64,000 bases of DNA from Clostridiales bacterium. GTDB taxonomy: Bacteria > Bacillota > Clostridia > Lachnospirales > Lachnospiraceae. Shown piece by piece: positions 1 through 10,358 of the stretch. The notes beneath the pieces are model-generated. The model saw only the letters and a list, made by a program, of their open reading frames with translations. It searched no databases and was not told the origin of the DNA. Location: positions 336 through 64,335 of the forward strand of contig JAHZAT010000024.1 of assembly GCA_019423795.1 (NCBI GenBank), written 5' to 3'. The translations under genes were made by a program, and so were the position numbers. Within the stretch, counting starts at the first letter, position 1; every line of letters starts with the position of its first letter.

Positions 1-1153
1 TCATATCATAAAACCAAACTTTATCCGTACCACCTGCCCCTGTCTTTGTGAACAGTAAGATTGCTGTGGATACTCCTGCATATGGTTTGAAAACTCCAGA
101 TGGCATAGAAATCACTGCATTTAATTTGTGATTTTCAATTAATTCTTTTCGAATTGCTTTATGTGCACGGCTGCTTCCAAATAATACTCCATCTGGTACG
201 ATAACTGCTGCCCTTCCTCCAATTTTCATGATGCGAAGGAATAAAACAAGGAATAATAATTCTGTTTTCTTTGTTTTTGCAACCTTTAAAAGATCTGCTG
301 ATACTCCATCATAATCTAAACTTCCTTTAAATGGTGGATTGGCAAGAATTAATGAATACTTTTCTTTGTCTGTATTCATCTCTGACAAGCTGTCCTTATA
401 TTCAATATTTGGATCATCAACCCCATGAAGCAGCATATTCATTGCACCGATTCGAAGCATCGTTCGGTCCATATCAAATCCATAAAACATCTCATGATTA
501 AAATGTTCTCTTTGTTCTGCATTCAAGAATAAATCTTGATGATTTTTACGCAAATACTGCTGTGCTTCCATTAGGAATCCTGCTGATCCCATTGCTGGAT
601 CGCAGATGATATCCGATGGTACTGGTTTTACCAGTTCTACCATCATCTGAATGATATGTCTTGGTGTTCGGAATTGTCCGTTCTTTCCTGCACTTTCCAA
701 TTTTGACAGCAGGTATTCATATAAATCTCCTTTGCTGTCTCCTTCCAGATTTAACCCGTCAATTCCATCGATTACTTTGGTAAGTAACGCTGGTGTTGGA
801 ATCTTGAAGATTGCATCTCCCATATATTTGCTGTAGGCAGATTCTCCATCTGGATGTAGATTCTTAATGAATGGAAATACTCCATTCATCATCAGATCAT
901 AAATCTCATTCGCATCTCCCAGATTCTTAAATTTGCTCCAACGATACTGCTGACAATCGGCTGGAAAGATTCCTTCATATGGAATTCCTAAAATATTCGC
1001 ATCTCTTTCTTTTCTGGTCTCTACTTCATCTAACTGTTTGATAAATAATAGATAGTTAAACTGTTCGATAACTTCCAATGGATTTGTAATTCCACCTGTC
1101 CAGAAAATCTCCCAAATCTTATCTACTTTGTTCTTTAATTCACCCGTAATCAT
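1..1153 (-). CDS. hsdM: Type I restriction-modification methyltransferase subunit M (3' end runs off the window)
   Basis: Not in the ORF track because it is open-ended. Manual translation from ATG at 1153 gives MITGELKNKVDKIWEIFWTGGITNPLEVIEQ, GQFRTPRHII, ICDPAMGSAGFL (SAM-binding) and LANPPFKG (N6-adenine MTase catalytic motif). Confidence 0.93.
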   Translation of the reverse strand, partial: MITGELKNKVDKIWEIFWTGGITNPLEVIEQFNYLLFIKQLDEVETRKERDANILGIPYEGIFPADCQQYRWSKFKNLGDANEIYDLMMNGVFPFIKNLHPDGESAYSKYMGDAIFKIPTPALLTKVIDGIDGLNLEGDSKGDLYEYLLSKLESAGKNGQFRTPRHIIQMMVELVKPVPSDIICDPAMGSAGFLMEAQQYLRKNHQDLFLNAEQREHFNHEMFYGFDMDRTMLRIGAMNMLLHGVDDPNIEYKDSLSEMNTDKEKYSLILANPPFKGSLDYDGVSADLLKVAKTKKTELLFLVLFLRIMKIGGRAAVIVPDGVLFGSSRAHKAIRKELIENHKLNAVISMPSGVFKPYAGVSTAILLFTKTGAGGTDKVWFYDM

Positions 1154-1180
1154 CTTACTTCCTCTTCTTCGTTTTCATTT

Positions 1181-2080
1181 TTATTGTACATGTCTCTTCA
1201 ACGCTTCCAGATAAATTGCCCCAAGTCTGCTAGGTTTTGTCTTCTTATGTGTCACATACCCAATATGCATCTCGCCTTCTTCTGCAAGCGGAACTGCGAT
1301 AATATTCTCTCCATTTAATTCCTTGTCGATCACACCGCTGCTGATCGTATATCCATTTAATCCGATCAATAAATTAAACAGGGTTGCCCTGTCTCTGACT
1401 CGGATGTTCTTTGAACGTACTTCCGTACTGAACATCTCTTCAGAATAATAGAAAGAATTATGTTCTCCCTGCTCAAATGACAGATATGGATAATCTTGTA
1501 AGTCTTCCATTGTCACTTGATCTTTCTGTGCCAGTGGATTCTTGTCACAAATAAAAATATGTGGTCTTGCCACAAATAATTCTGTAAATTTGAGATCATT
1601 TGCTTTCATGATCTTCTCTAATACAGATGCGTTAAATTCATTGAGATATAAAATTCCAATCTCACTTTTCATTCTTGCTACGTCATCGATGATCTCATAA
1701 GTCTGTGTCTCTCGCAGACTGAAATCATAATTTTCACTTCCATATTCTTTGATTAAGTCTACAAATGCATTGACTGCAAAAGAATAGTGCTGTGTTGAAA
1801 TGCAAAATTCCTGTTTCCCACCATTTTTATGTTTATATTTCTCTTCGATCAATGCCGCCTGTTCCAGCACCTGTCTTGCGTATCCGAGGAAAATCTCTCC
1901 TTCTCTGGATACATGAATTCCTTTGTTGGTGCGGTCAAAGATCGTGATCTGCATCTCTTTTTCCAGTTCCTTTAGGGCTTTTGTAAGACTTGGCTGTGAA
2001 ACAAAAAGTTCTTCTGCCGCCTTACTGATCGTTCCGATCTCCGCGATTGTTACGACATATCTTAGTTGCTGTAATGTCAT
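1181..2080 (-). CDS. LysR family transcriptional regulator
   Basis: N-terminal LysR HTH (TISKAAEELFVSQPSLTKALKELE), 299 aa. Confidence 0.93.
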   Translation of the reverse strand: MTLQQLRYVVTIAEIGTISKAAEELFVSQPSLTKALKELEKEMQITIFDRTNKGIHVSREGEIFLGYARQVLEQAALIEEKYKHKNGGKQEFCISTQHYSFAVNAFVDLIKEYGSENYDFSLRETQTYEIIDDVARMKSEIGILYLNEFNASVLEKIMKANDLKFTELFVARPHIFICDKNPLAQKDQVTMEDLQDYPYLSFEQGEHNSFYYSEEMFSTEVRSKNIRVRDRATLFNLLIGLNGYTISSGVIDKELNGENIIAVPLAEEGEMHIGYVTHKKTKPSRLGAIYLEALKRHVQ

Positions 2081-2187
2081 CTTTTTCTTCCTTCTTTAGT
2101 CCTTTTTGTACCAATTATACAATAGATCATTTCATATGGCAAAGACTAGCTATTTCATGTATTTTTTGAAAAACTGCTCGATCAGAC

Positions 2188-2709
2188 TTAATGTTGGTTC
2201 CACCAAAAGTATGGATGTCCATGATCTGCACCTTCTACCAGATAGAATGTGGCATCTTTTTCTTCTTCTTTTAACTTCTTATATAACTGAATGCTCTGAT
2301 TTGGTGCTACCGTATCATCTGCTATTCCATGCATCATAAGAACTGGTGGTGATGGAAGTTCTTTTTTTACATAATTCATACATGTGATCTGGTCAGATAA
2401 TTCTGGATGTTCGTAAACATTTTTACTGCCGATTTCTAATCCTTCCGGGCTGTCTGGCTCTCCTTGGTTTGGTGTTGTTGGAAAGTCTTCTTTGATTTTT
2501 ACACAGCTTACACCATATAAATCTACAACTGCATTAACTTTGCAGGAATATTCTTTGTATACATCTGTATCCATGCAATTCATATCTGCCGTAAATGCTG
2601 TGATAAATGCCGTATTTCCACTGCTGGAATCTCCCATCAGGAAGATATTTTCCGGGTCAATCTTAGTTTGTATGTCCTCTAGTGTCATATTTTCTCCATT
2701 CCTGATCAT
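2188..2709 (-). pseudogene. Alpha/beta hydrolase (esterase/lipase) fragment, N-terminus missing
   Basis: IDPENIFLMGDSSSG nucleophile-elbow-like motif within the first 30 aa, then MHGIADDTV and GADHG. The usual N-terminal HGGG half is absent. Confidence 0.6.
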
Positions 2710-3224
2710 CCACCAAGGTTGATCCTGTAGTTTCCATGATCTTTTAATAAAAATTGTTTTTGTATAGAATCTTTGTCATATTCTGATTTCTTTCCATGTC
2801 CCTCTTCTTTTAATTTTACCTTAATTTGCAGATATTGTCTCTTTTTTATTGTTCTTATGTTAATTTTCAAGTCAATATCGCTTTGAAACCAGTCATTTGC
2901 TTTAAAATAATTAATCTGAATCGTTCCTTTTGATTTCTTATGATTGTCGATCAAAGGAATTCTTGCCTCACATGTTCCATACCCTGCATTCTCTTTATCC
3001 AGTTCTAAGTGCTTCTGCTTTGTGATATAAAATTTATCCATTGTTTTGGTACCTGTCATATAAGCATGATCATAATCTATGCTCATAGTCTTCTGATATT
3101 CTTTTGTTGAATGAATTTTAACTTTTACATATGCAGCATTTCCACGAAAGTATGCAAATACAATCACACAAGCTGCAACAAACAATATACCTATAATACC
3201 AACCACTACTTTTTTATTTTTCAT
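2706..3224 (-). CDS. Hypothetical secreted or membrane-anchored protein
   Basis: Start moved to MKNKKVVV (GGAGG upstream). N-terminal hydrophobic helix and a basic soluble domain. Confidence 0.65.
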   Translation of the reverse strand: MKNKKVVVGIIGILFVAACVIVFAYFRGNAAYVKVKIHSTKEYQKTMSIDYDHAYMTGTKTMDKFYITKQKHLELDKENAGYGTCEARIPLIDNHKKSKGTIQINYFKANDWFQSDIDLKINIRTIKKRQYLQIKVKLKEEGHGKKSEYDKDSIQKQFLLKDHGNYRINLGG

Positions 3225-3294
3225 CCTAAAACACCTCCATATGAATAGTTTATCATATGGAGGCATCTTAGTTGCATCTTTATACTTATTTATT

Positions 3295-6024
3295 TTATTC
3301 GCGGTTCTTCAATGCATCGGAAAGTCCGACTTTATAAATTTTTCGCACTAACAGCTTATTAATTACCAGATATGTAATAATAATTCCTGCATAGATCATC
3401 GCATATAACTGCCATGAAAAACTTAAATTCATACCACAGGCAATATTAGAAACCATCGCTGGATACATCGCATCCATTAATTTCTTAGATAACGGAACAC
3501 TGATCAACGCTCCAATTACGATCATATAAAAATTTCCATCGAGATAAAGCTTCTTAATCTCTTTCTTTCGGTATCCAAACACCTTCATCAATGCAATATT
3601 TTGTGCAGAGCGATCGATCATGACTTTGATCATCAGATACATAACAATTCCAAAGATTAAAACAGAAAGTCCAACAACCATTCCCATCATCGGTTTCATC
3701 ATATTGATAAATATATCAGAGCTTTCCTCGATATTCTTTTTACTCGTCGTTGCATACAACTTTCCAGAGTCAATTGACAATTTCTTCTTTGATACGACCA
3801 TGTTGTAATAGTCAGATGATGTCTGGAAAAGATCTCTCATGCTGTCAATATCCATAAATGCATACAAACCAGATGAATATTGTGTAATATCCGCTACCTG
3901 GAATGCATAATCCATTTCTTCTTCCTCGTCAGACAATACAATAGAATCACCTTTTTTCAGATCATATTTCTGTGCCATTGCTGATGAGATCACGACTTTA
4001 TTCTTTGCCTTAGGAAGGTCTTTGTCCTGACTGAAATATGGATTATCATTTTCCATTCCGATCAAAGAAATCTCCAGATCATATCCCCATATTTCTTTAT
4101 GCAATCCCTTTACAAAGCAGGCGTCCCCTCCTTTTGGTACTTTTTTATCTGGATATTTGTAAGTATACATATATTCAAACTTTGTATCTTTCTTATTTTC
4201 TTTACTGATATGATCACACATTGCATAGCAGTCCAGACCGATCATCATGACTAACAGTGCAATAAACATTCCAAAGATTACCGTAAATCCAGCTCTTGAC
4301 TCACGCAATAACTGTCTGATCCTGAATTTTGTAAGAAATGGCATATGACCCAGTTTGACTTTTGAAATATGCCCTTTCTTTTGTTCATTTCTTATCATGG
4401 AAAGTGCAGGTCTTGAAAGTTTCTTTCTTATAACAAAGTAGTTTACAATCACCGCAACCAATGGCGGCATAATGACTCCATAAACCAGAAGATAAACAAG
4501 AAGTTCCGGAGTTAACTCTGGTATAGAGAAATAATCGTAGCAATCCTGCATCTGTACTGGAATTCCCATCGGACTGTATCCAATGATTGTTCCAATCAGT
4601 CCTGCAATAAATGTTACGAAGACCGGAATTCTTAGATAACATTTTAAAAGCTGCTTTTTGTTTACTCCCAATGCATATAATGTTCCGATAATGCTGCTTT
4701 CTTTCTCGATCCCATGAATGACAAAGACTGAAATCACATAGGTAAACAAGATCATGATGATCACACCTGCCACAATTCCCGCAAGTTTATTAATGACCTG
4801 ATCATCTGCAGCTGCTCCGATTCTTGTATTATCCGATGCTTTTAAAAACTGAGTCAGATTTGATGTTTCCATATCAAATGCTTTCATCAGTTCTTCTGTG
4901 CCTTCTTCTAGTTTATCCGTACCTTCTTTTAACTTATTGCTTCCATCCGATGCTTTCTTCACACCATTGGTATATGCTTTGATTCCATCTCTGTATGTTT
5001 TTAATGCATCCAGCTGTTCTTTGGCTGATTCTAAGGATAATCTTGTCAATCCATCACTTGATTTTGCGATCAAATCTTTTAGAATACTTGCATAGTTATT
5101 TTCTGTCAGAGATGTTACTCCAAAGGATGCCAGCTGGCTTTCTGCTGTTTTTAAATATGCCTGAAAGATCTGATCGGCACCTTTTTGTAATGTTTCATTG
5201 TTTTCACTTAGTTTATTTAATCCGTCTGACATCTGGGTGCTTGCATCGGTCAGTTTTTTGATTCCATCTTTGATGTCATCTTTCTTACCTGCAGTTTCTT
5301 TCCAGTAATCTTTAAAATATGGATCATCGACATCATCTGGGTTAAATGTGATCTTCTTTAATTTATTTTTTAACTGTTTCTGGCTCATTGCACCATTTAA
5401 TCGGTATGCATAGATGTATTCTTCAGATTGAATGCTGTTTTCATTGTCTTTTAGATTATCGTAAGCATCCTCTGTCACAAATGCAAGTCCAAACTGTTTG
5501 CTGTCTACAGTACTATCTGACAACTTTTCATAACATGCATCGTAGTCTGGAACTGATCCGATTCCTGTTACTTTATAGGAATCACCATCGATTGTGATCT
5601 TTGATCCTATTTTTAAGTTGTGTTCTAAAGCATATCGTTTTTCTACAACAACTTCGCTTGCTTTTTTTGCTAGTCGGCCTTGATCCAGATTAATTTTATC
5701 GACTTTTTTACGATTCTTAAAGATTCTCAGCTTGCTTCCATCTTTTTGTCTAAAGTCAAGATAGAATGTCTCTTCTAATGTAATCCCTTTCTTTGTAAGG
5801 TTCTCTTTTTGTTTTGTCGTTAATGGCACAAACACCTGAAACTGTCCGTCTTCCAGTTTATGTTTCTTAGCCTGCTTTGCAGTTCCGTCAATAATCGTAT
5901 CCGCTGCTCCGACTAAACTGATCACCAGATACATACTGATAATGATCAGAAAAGCAAGCGCAAGATAGCGGAATTTATTTTCTTTTAAATCCCTCCATGC
6001 CCTTTTTCTCAATACTTTTTCCAT
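3295..6024 (-). CDS. ABC exporter permease, FtsX/MacB-like, with an internal coiled-coil
   Basis: 909 aa with two TM clusters (IGTLYALG, IALMKVFGY) and xxxLxxG heptads; adjacent to an ABC ATPase. Confidence 0.88.
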   Translation of the reverse strand: MEKVLRKRAWRDLKENKFRYLALAFLIIISMYLVISLVGAADTIIDGTAKQAKKHKLEDGQFQVFVPLTTKQKENLTKKGITLEETFYLDFRQKDGSKLRIFKNRKKVDKINLDQGRLAKKASEVVVEKRYALEHNLKIGSKITIDGDSYKVTGIGSVPDYDACYEKLSDSTVDSKQFGLAFVTEDAYDNLKDNENSIQSEEYIYAYRLNGAMSQKQLKNKLKKITFNPDDVDDPYFKDYWKETAGKKDDIKDGIKKLTDASTQMSDGLNKLSENNETLQKGADQIFQAYLKTAESQLASFGVTSLTENNYASILKDLIAKSSDGLTRLSLESAKEQLDALKTYRDGIKAYTNGVKKASDGSNKLKEGTDKLEEGTEELMKAFDMETSNLTQFLKASDNTRIGAAADDQVINKLAGIVAGVIIMILFTYVISVFVIHGIEKESSIIGTLYALGVNKKQLLKCYLRIPVFVTFIAGLIGTIIGYSPMGIPVQMQDCYDYFSIPELTPELLVYLLVYGVIMPPLVAVIVNYFVIRKKLSRPALSMIRNEQKKGHISKVKLGHMPFLTKFRIRQLLRESRAGFTVIFGMFIALLVMMIGLDCYAMCDHISKENKKDTKFEYMYTYKYPDKKVPKGGDACFVKGLHKEIWGYDLEISLIGMENDNPYFSQDKDLPKAKNKVVISSAMAQKYDLKKGDSIVLSDEEEEMDYAFQVADITQYSSGLYAFMDIDSMRDLFQTSSDYYNMVVSKKKLSIDSGKLYATTSKKNIEESSDIFINMMKPMMGMVVGLSVLIFGIVMYLMIKVMIDRSAQNIALMKVFGYRKKEIKKLYLDGNFYMIVIGALISVPLSKKLMDAMYPAMVSNIACGMNLSFSWQLYAMIYAGIIITYLVINKLLVRKIYKVGLSDALKNRE

Positions 6025-6726
6025 TTACAGATCCTCCAGTAATTTGGCAGGTACTCTTGTTTCATTTTCGTATTCTTCACTGATCTGGCCGTCTCTGATA
6101 ATGATAACTTTATGTACCATGTCACGAATTGCGTTATTATGTGTTACGATCAGCATCGTTGTGCCGTATTGCTGGTTGATCTTCTCTAATAAGATCAAGA
6201 TATCTTTGGATGTCTTAGAATCGAGTGCTCCTGTCGGTTCATCACAAAGAAGCAGTTTTGGATTCTTGATCAATGCCCTTGCGATTGCACAACGCTGCTG
6301 CTGTCCACCCGATAATTGTGCTGGAAATTTATCTTGATGTTCTGTCAATCCGAGCGTGTCTAACAATTCATCCATATCTAATGGATCTTCCGTTAAAAAC
6401 TGACAGATTTCTATATTTTCTTTCACCGTAAGATTTGGTACCAGATTATAAAACTGGAAGATAAATCCTAGATTGGCTCTGCGGTATTCGGAGAGTTCAT
6501 CGGCATTTAAGCCTGAGATTTCGTTTCCATCGACTTTAATGGAACCGGAATCCATGGTATCTAATCCTCCGATACAGTTTAGCATTGTAGATTTTCCTGA
6601 ACCGCTGCTTCCTTGGATAACACACATCTGTCCTTGTTCGATGTTAGTTGTAATTCCTTGTAATACTTGATTGTAGCTTTCGCCTGATCCGAAGCTTTTT
6701 TTCATATCTTTTATCTCTAAATACAT
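6025..6726 (-). CDS. ABC transporter ATP-binding protein (LolD/MacB-like)
   Basis: GSSGSGKS, LSGGQQQR, LLLCDEPTGALD. Confidence 0.95.
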   Translation of the reverse strand: MYLEIKDMKKSFGSGESYNQVLQGITTNIEQGQMCVIQGSSGSGKSTMLNCIGGLDTMDSGSIKVDGNEISGLNADELSEYRRANLGFIFQFYNLVPNLTVKENIEICQFLTEDPLDMDELLDTLGLTEHQDKFPAQLSGGQQQRCAIARALIKNPKLLLCDEPTGALDSKTSKDILILLEKINQQYGTTMLIVTHNNAIRDMVHKVIIIRDGQISEEYENETRVPAKLLEDL

Positions 6727-6750
6727 CTATTATTTCCTCTCATTTTTAAA

Positions 6751-6799
6751 GTTAGTTTTTGCTAATATTTAGTTAGTATCGTCTAACATCATTATAGCA
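6751..6799 (-). promoter_or_regulatory. Tandem palindromic operator-like boxes just downstream of an extended -10 element
   Basis: GTTAG-N6-CTAAT (6751-6766) and GTTAG-N6-CTAAC (6772-6787). TGCTATAAT lies on the minus strand at 6791-6799. Confidence 0.5.
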
Positions 6800-6836
6800 A
6801 AAAAGAAAGCTGATTTCTATATTTGTGCTTTAAAAG

Positions 6837-7151
6837 TTGTAGTTTGCGACGATAGTCTTTGGTTAATGTGTCAGAAATAAGATAACAAGAAATATTTATA
6901 ATATACCGGTGGCAACACGCAAATTTTAAGAACGTTTTTTACAAATCGCTTATCCGCGCCTGTTCCTTTGAAAACTCCCTCGCTGTGAGCCAAAATGCCC
7001 ACAGCCATGGTCAAACATTCAACCACAGGGCGCTGCGAATTTGTAAAAAACGTACTTAAAATATGCTAATCGTTGCCACCGGTATATTATAAATATTTCT
7101 TGTTATCTTATTTCTGTCACATAAAGCGAAAGTCTATCGAAATCACTACAA
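6837..7151. repeat. Long imperfect inverted repeat H1
   Basis: 6872-6916 is the exact reverse complement of 7072-7116 (45 bp); imperfect pairing extends to arms of about 125 bp. Confidence 0.95.
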
Positions 7152-7342
7152 TATGTGTATGTTAAACGATATTAGCTGATAATCTTTGTGCTCGTTAACG
7201 GAAGCTGAAAGGAATTTATCAACATCGATTTGCAACTTGGCAAACTGAAGTTTGGAAGGATCAGAAACACACAACGCCTCCCGTCTATGAAAACAAAAAT
7301 TTTCAGCCAATATCGTACAACATACACTCTCCGTAGTGATTT
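7140..7342. repeat. Long imperfect inverted repeat H2 (member of a dispersed family)
   Basis: AAATCACTAC..GTGTATGTT..ACGATATT.GCTGA pairs with TCAGC.AATATCGT..AACATACAC..GTAGTGATTT. Confidence 0.9.
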
Positions 7343-7620
7343 GAATAGCCGTCCGTGTATATGAGAAAAACGAAATAATAGCATAGCAGATCCAGAACCA
7401 TTGAAATTTTGCCGTCGTTTTGAACGGTTCGCAGCAAACTTGGTCGATTGTTTGAGCATCAAAGACTACTGATTTTAGTATCCTTGAGTGCGAGTTATCG
7501 AAGGAAAGTTTGCGAATCAGCGACCGTTCAAAACGGCGAGCAAAATTTCTGGTCTGGATCTGCTATGCTATTATTTCGTTTTTCTCATATACAATGAACG
7601 ACTATCCAAATTAAAATTTA
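7339..7620. repeat. Long imperfect inverted repeat H3, ending in the stop-codon motif
   Basis: 7356-7396 is the exact reverse complement of 7553-7593 (41 bp); arms of about 100 bp. Confidence 0.95.
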
Positions 7621-8391
7621 ATTTCCACACTCAATACTGATCTGGTTAAACTGATCCAGAAGATCATCAACAACTAATTTTGCTTTTTCTTCTCCAGCTT
7701 TATCAAGTACCGCATGTCCCTGATGCATCATAAGAATACGATTACCATATTCCACGGCATAACGCAGGTTATGTGTAACCATGATCGTTGTCAGATTCTT
7801 CTCTTTGACAACTTTTCCAGTAAGTTCCATGATCAGTTCTGCTGTCTTTGGATCAAGTGCAGCTGTATGTTCATCAAGAATTAAAATCTCGATTGGTGCC
7901 ATTGTTGTCATAAGAAGTGCCATGGCCTGTCTCTGTCCTCCTGATAAGGAACCTACTTTGCTTCCCATCATATCTTCAAGTCCAAGTCCTAACTGGCTTA
8001 ATAATTCTCTGTAATAATCAATTCTCTTCTTATTTGTACCAAATCCGAGTCCAAATTTCTTTCCTTTATTGTCTGCAAGAGACATATTTTCAAGGATTGT
8101 CATGGATGGACAGGTTCCCATAGCTGGATTTTGATATACACGTCCAATCTTTCTCTGTCTGATATATTCTTTTTGATGAGAAATATCTTCTCCATTTAAA
8201 ATGATGTTTCCTGCTTCCGCTTCTAAGCTTCCACAGATCAGGTTTAACATGGATGTCTTTCCTGAACCATTACTTCCGATCACAGAAATGAAATCTCCGT
8301 CATCTACCGTCAGATTGAAGTCTTTAAACAGGCAGACTTCATTGACTGTTCCGATATTATAATATTTGTCGATATGTTTTAATTCAATCAT
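7618..8391 (-). CDS. ABC transporter ATP-binding protein (putative Trp/aromatic amino acid importer)
   Basis: GSNGSGKT, LSGGQRQ, ILDEHTAALDP. Confidence 0.92.
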   Translation of the reverse strand: MIELKHIDKYYNIGTVNEVCLFKDFNLTVDDGDFISVIGSNGSGKTSMLNLICGSLEAEAGNIILNGEDISHQKEYIRQRKIGRVYQNPAMGTCPSMTILENMSLADNKGKKFGLGFGTNKKRIDYYRELLSQLGLGLEDMMGSKVGSLSGGQRQAMALLMTTMAPIEILILDEHTAALDPKTAELIMELTGKVVKEKNLTTIMVTHNLRYAVEYGNRILMMHQGHAVLDKAGEEKAKLVVDDLLDQFNQISIECGN

Positions 8392-9272
8392 GCCTTTTTC
8401 ACCTTCTTCTTACGGTCCATACTGATGATCAGAATGATCAGGAATAAGACTGCTGTGATCATCTTCAAGTCTGTTGCTGGTAATCCTACTTCGATCGCAA
8501 TTGCTACACATGCTTTGTAGATCACGGAACCAATGACAACTGCTGTAGTTGCTTTTAAAAGATTTCCTTTAAATACGTTTGTTCCGATAATAACGCTGGC
8601 AAGTCCGATAACGATCGTTCCTGTTCCCATGGAAATCTCGAAGAATCTCTGTTGCTGACACATCACACTTCCGGCTAATGCAACTAATCCGTTTGAGATC
8701 GCAAGTCCTACGATCTTCACAAATCCACTGTCTTTTGCAAGAGATGTTACGATGGTTGCGTTATCTCCAACTGCTCTTAAGAGATATCCTGATTTTGTCT
8801 TTAAATATAAGTCTAATAATACTTTTGCAATGATCATAATGATGAAAATGATGATCACTGTCTTATATGGTGCTAATGCTTCTGGGAAGATTCCGTTGAT
8901 GAAGTCATTATCAAATACGGATTTGTAGTTAAATAATGGAACATTTGCGCTTCCACCTACAATTCTTAAATTTAATGTGTAAAGACCTGTCATAACAATG
9001 ATCCCAGATAATAGGTCTCTGACTTTAAATTTTACATGAATGATTCCTGTGACCATTCCTGCAATTGCTCCGGCTGCGGTTGCTGCAATAAGTGCCAGTA
9101 ATGGGTTCTTTCCTGAGGAGAGCATGACGGTTGTCACTGCTGCTCCTAATGGGAAAGTACTGTCTACGGACAAATCCGGAAAGTCTAATATTTTGTATGT
9201 GATATATACGCCAAGCGCCATGATCGCATAGATAAATCCCTGCTCAAATACGCCTATGATCAATTGTTCCAT
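8388..9272 (-). CDS. ABC transporter permease (putative Trp importer)
   Basis: Polytopic; ILDFPDLSVDSTFPLGAA and GTGTIVIGLASVIIG are typical of this family. Confidence 0.9.
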   Translation of the reverse strand: MEQLIIGVFEQGFIYAIMALGVYITYKILDFPDLSVDSTFPLGAAVTTVMLSSGKNPLLALIAATAAGAIAGMVTGIIHVKFKVRDLLSGIIVMTGLYTLNLRIVGGSANVPLFNYKSVFDNDFINGIFPEALAPYKTVIIIFIIMIIAKVLLDLYLKTKSGYLLRAVGDNATIVTSLAKDSGFVKIVGLAISNGLVALAGSVMCQQQRFFEISMGTGTIVIGLASVIIGTNVFKGNLLKATTAVVIGSVIYKACVAIAIEVGLPATDLKMITAVLFLIILIISMDRKKKVKKA

Positions 9273-9291
9273 AATGTTTTACATCTCCTGA

Positions 9292-10314
9292 TTATTTTTC
9301 TGGTGTGCTGATCTTGTCAAATGTCTGTTTTGCCTGTTTTTTAACATCTTTGCTAATTGTCATGTTGATTTTTTTCGCTGCTGCTGTATTGATGATGACA
9401 TCTCCATTGTTAAATGTTTCGAATTTCATATCTTTCGCTTTTTCTTCACCTTTTAAGACTTTAGCTGCCATCTTACCTGTCTGTTCTCCTAATTTCACGA
9501 AGTCGATTCCGACACAAGCAACGCATCCTAATTTTACCTGTTCTACTTCAGATCCGAACACTGGGATATTTAATTTATTTGCTTTCTGAATATATGTTTG
9601 CATATTGCTGACTACTAAGTTATCAGTTAAGTTTGTGATGCAATCAACCTTCTTAAGTAAGCTGTCTGCTGCCATTGGCATATCTGCGGAAGCTGTGATT
9701 CCCTGTGTGATGATCTTGAATCCGTATTTGTCAGCTACTTTTTCATAAGCTTCTATTCCCGCTTTGGAATTTGCTTCATTTGTGCTGTAGAAGATTCCGA
9801 CGTTTTTTGCTTTTGGCATCATCTGACGGATCAGTTTTAACTGTTTATCTGCAAGTACAAGATCGGAAGTTCCTGTGATATTTCCAACGTTCTTTCCATC
9901 TTTATCTACAAATCCTGCTTTTTTTGGTGATGTAACAGCTGTATAGATGACTGGTGTATCTGTATCTTTTGCTGCGTTATATGCACTTTGTGCACTTGGT
10001 GTTGCGATTGCACAGATCATATCTAATTTCTTGGATGCATAATTTGATGCGATCTGATTATCTGTAGCTGTATCTGCCTGTGAGTTTTTATATGTAATCT
10101 TTAAGTTCTTTCCTTCTTTGATACCTTCGGATTCTAAACCTTTTAAAAATCCTTTGCGACAGTTATCTAATGATCCGTGTTCAGCAAACTGGATGATTCC
10201 TAAGTTGTATGTCTTAGATGCGCTGTCATCTTTCTTACTTCCGCATCCAACCATCAAGGACATTGCCATGACTGCTGTTAATCCTGCTGCTAATACTTTC
10301 TTCATTGTTCTCAT
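9292..10314 (-). CDS. ABC substrate-binding lipoprotein (TrpX-like)
   Basis: Lipobox MVGC, QFAEHGSLD, IATPSAQ; lies under a T-box with a Trp specifier. Confidence 0.88.
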   Translation of the reverse strand: MRTMKKVLAAGLTAVMAMSLMVGCGSKKDDSASKTYNLGIIQFAEHGSLDNCRKGFLKGLESEGIKEGKNLKITYKNSQADTATDNQIASNYASKKLDMICAIATPSAQSAYNAAKDTDTPVIYTAVTSPKKAGFVDKDGKNVGNITGTSDLVLADKQLKLIRQMMPKAKNVGIFYSTNEANSKAGIEAYEKVADKYGFKIITQGITASADMPMAADSLLKKVDCITNLTDNLVVSNMQTYIQKANKLNIPVFGSEVEQVKLGCVACVGIDFVKLGEQTGKMAAKVLKGEEKAKDMKFETFNNGDVIINTAAAKKINMTISKDVKKQAKQTFDKISTPEK

Positions 10315-10358
10315 AATTCATTCTCCTTTTGAATTCAAGTTGTACGTTTCTTCAATAG

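Noticed and set aside
7172..7462. 96-aa minus-strand ORF inside the hairpin array
   Set aside because: No clear RBS or recognisable motif, and it spans palindromic arms. Likely spurious.
6837..7620. CRISPR array or ordinary terminators
   Set aside because: No regularly spaced direct repeats and no cas genes. The stems are 65-125 bp, far longer than terminators.
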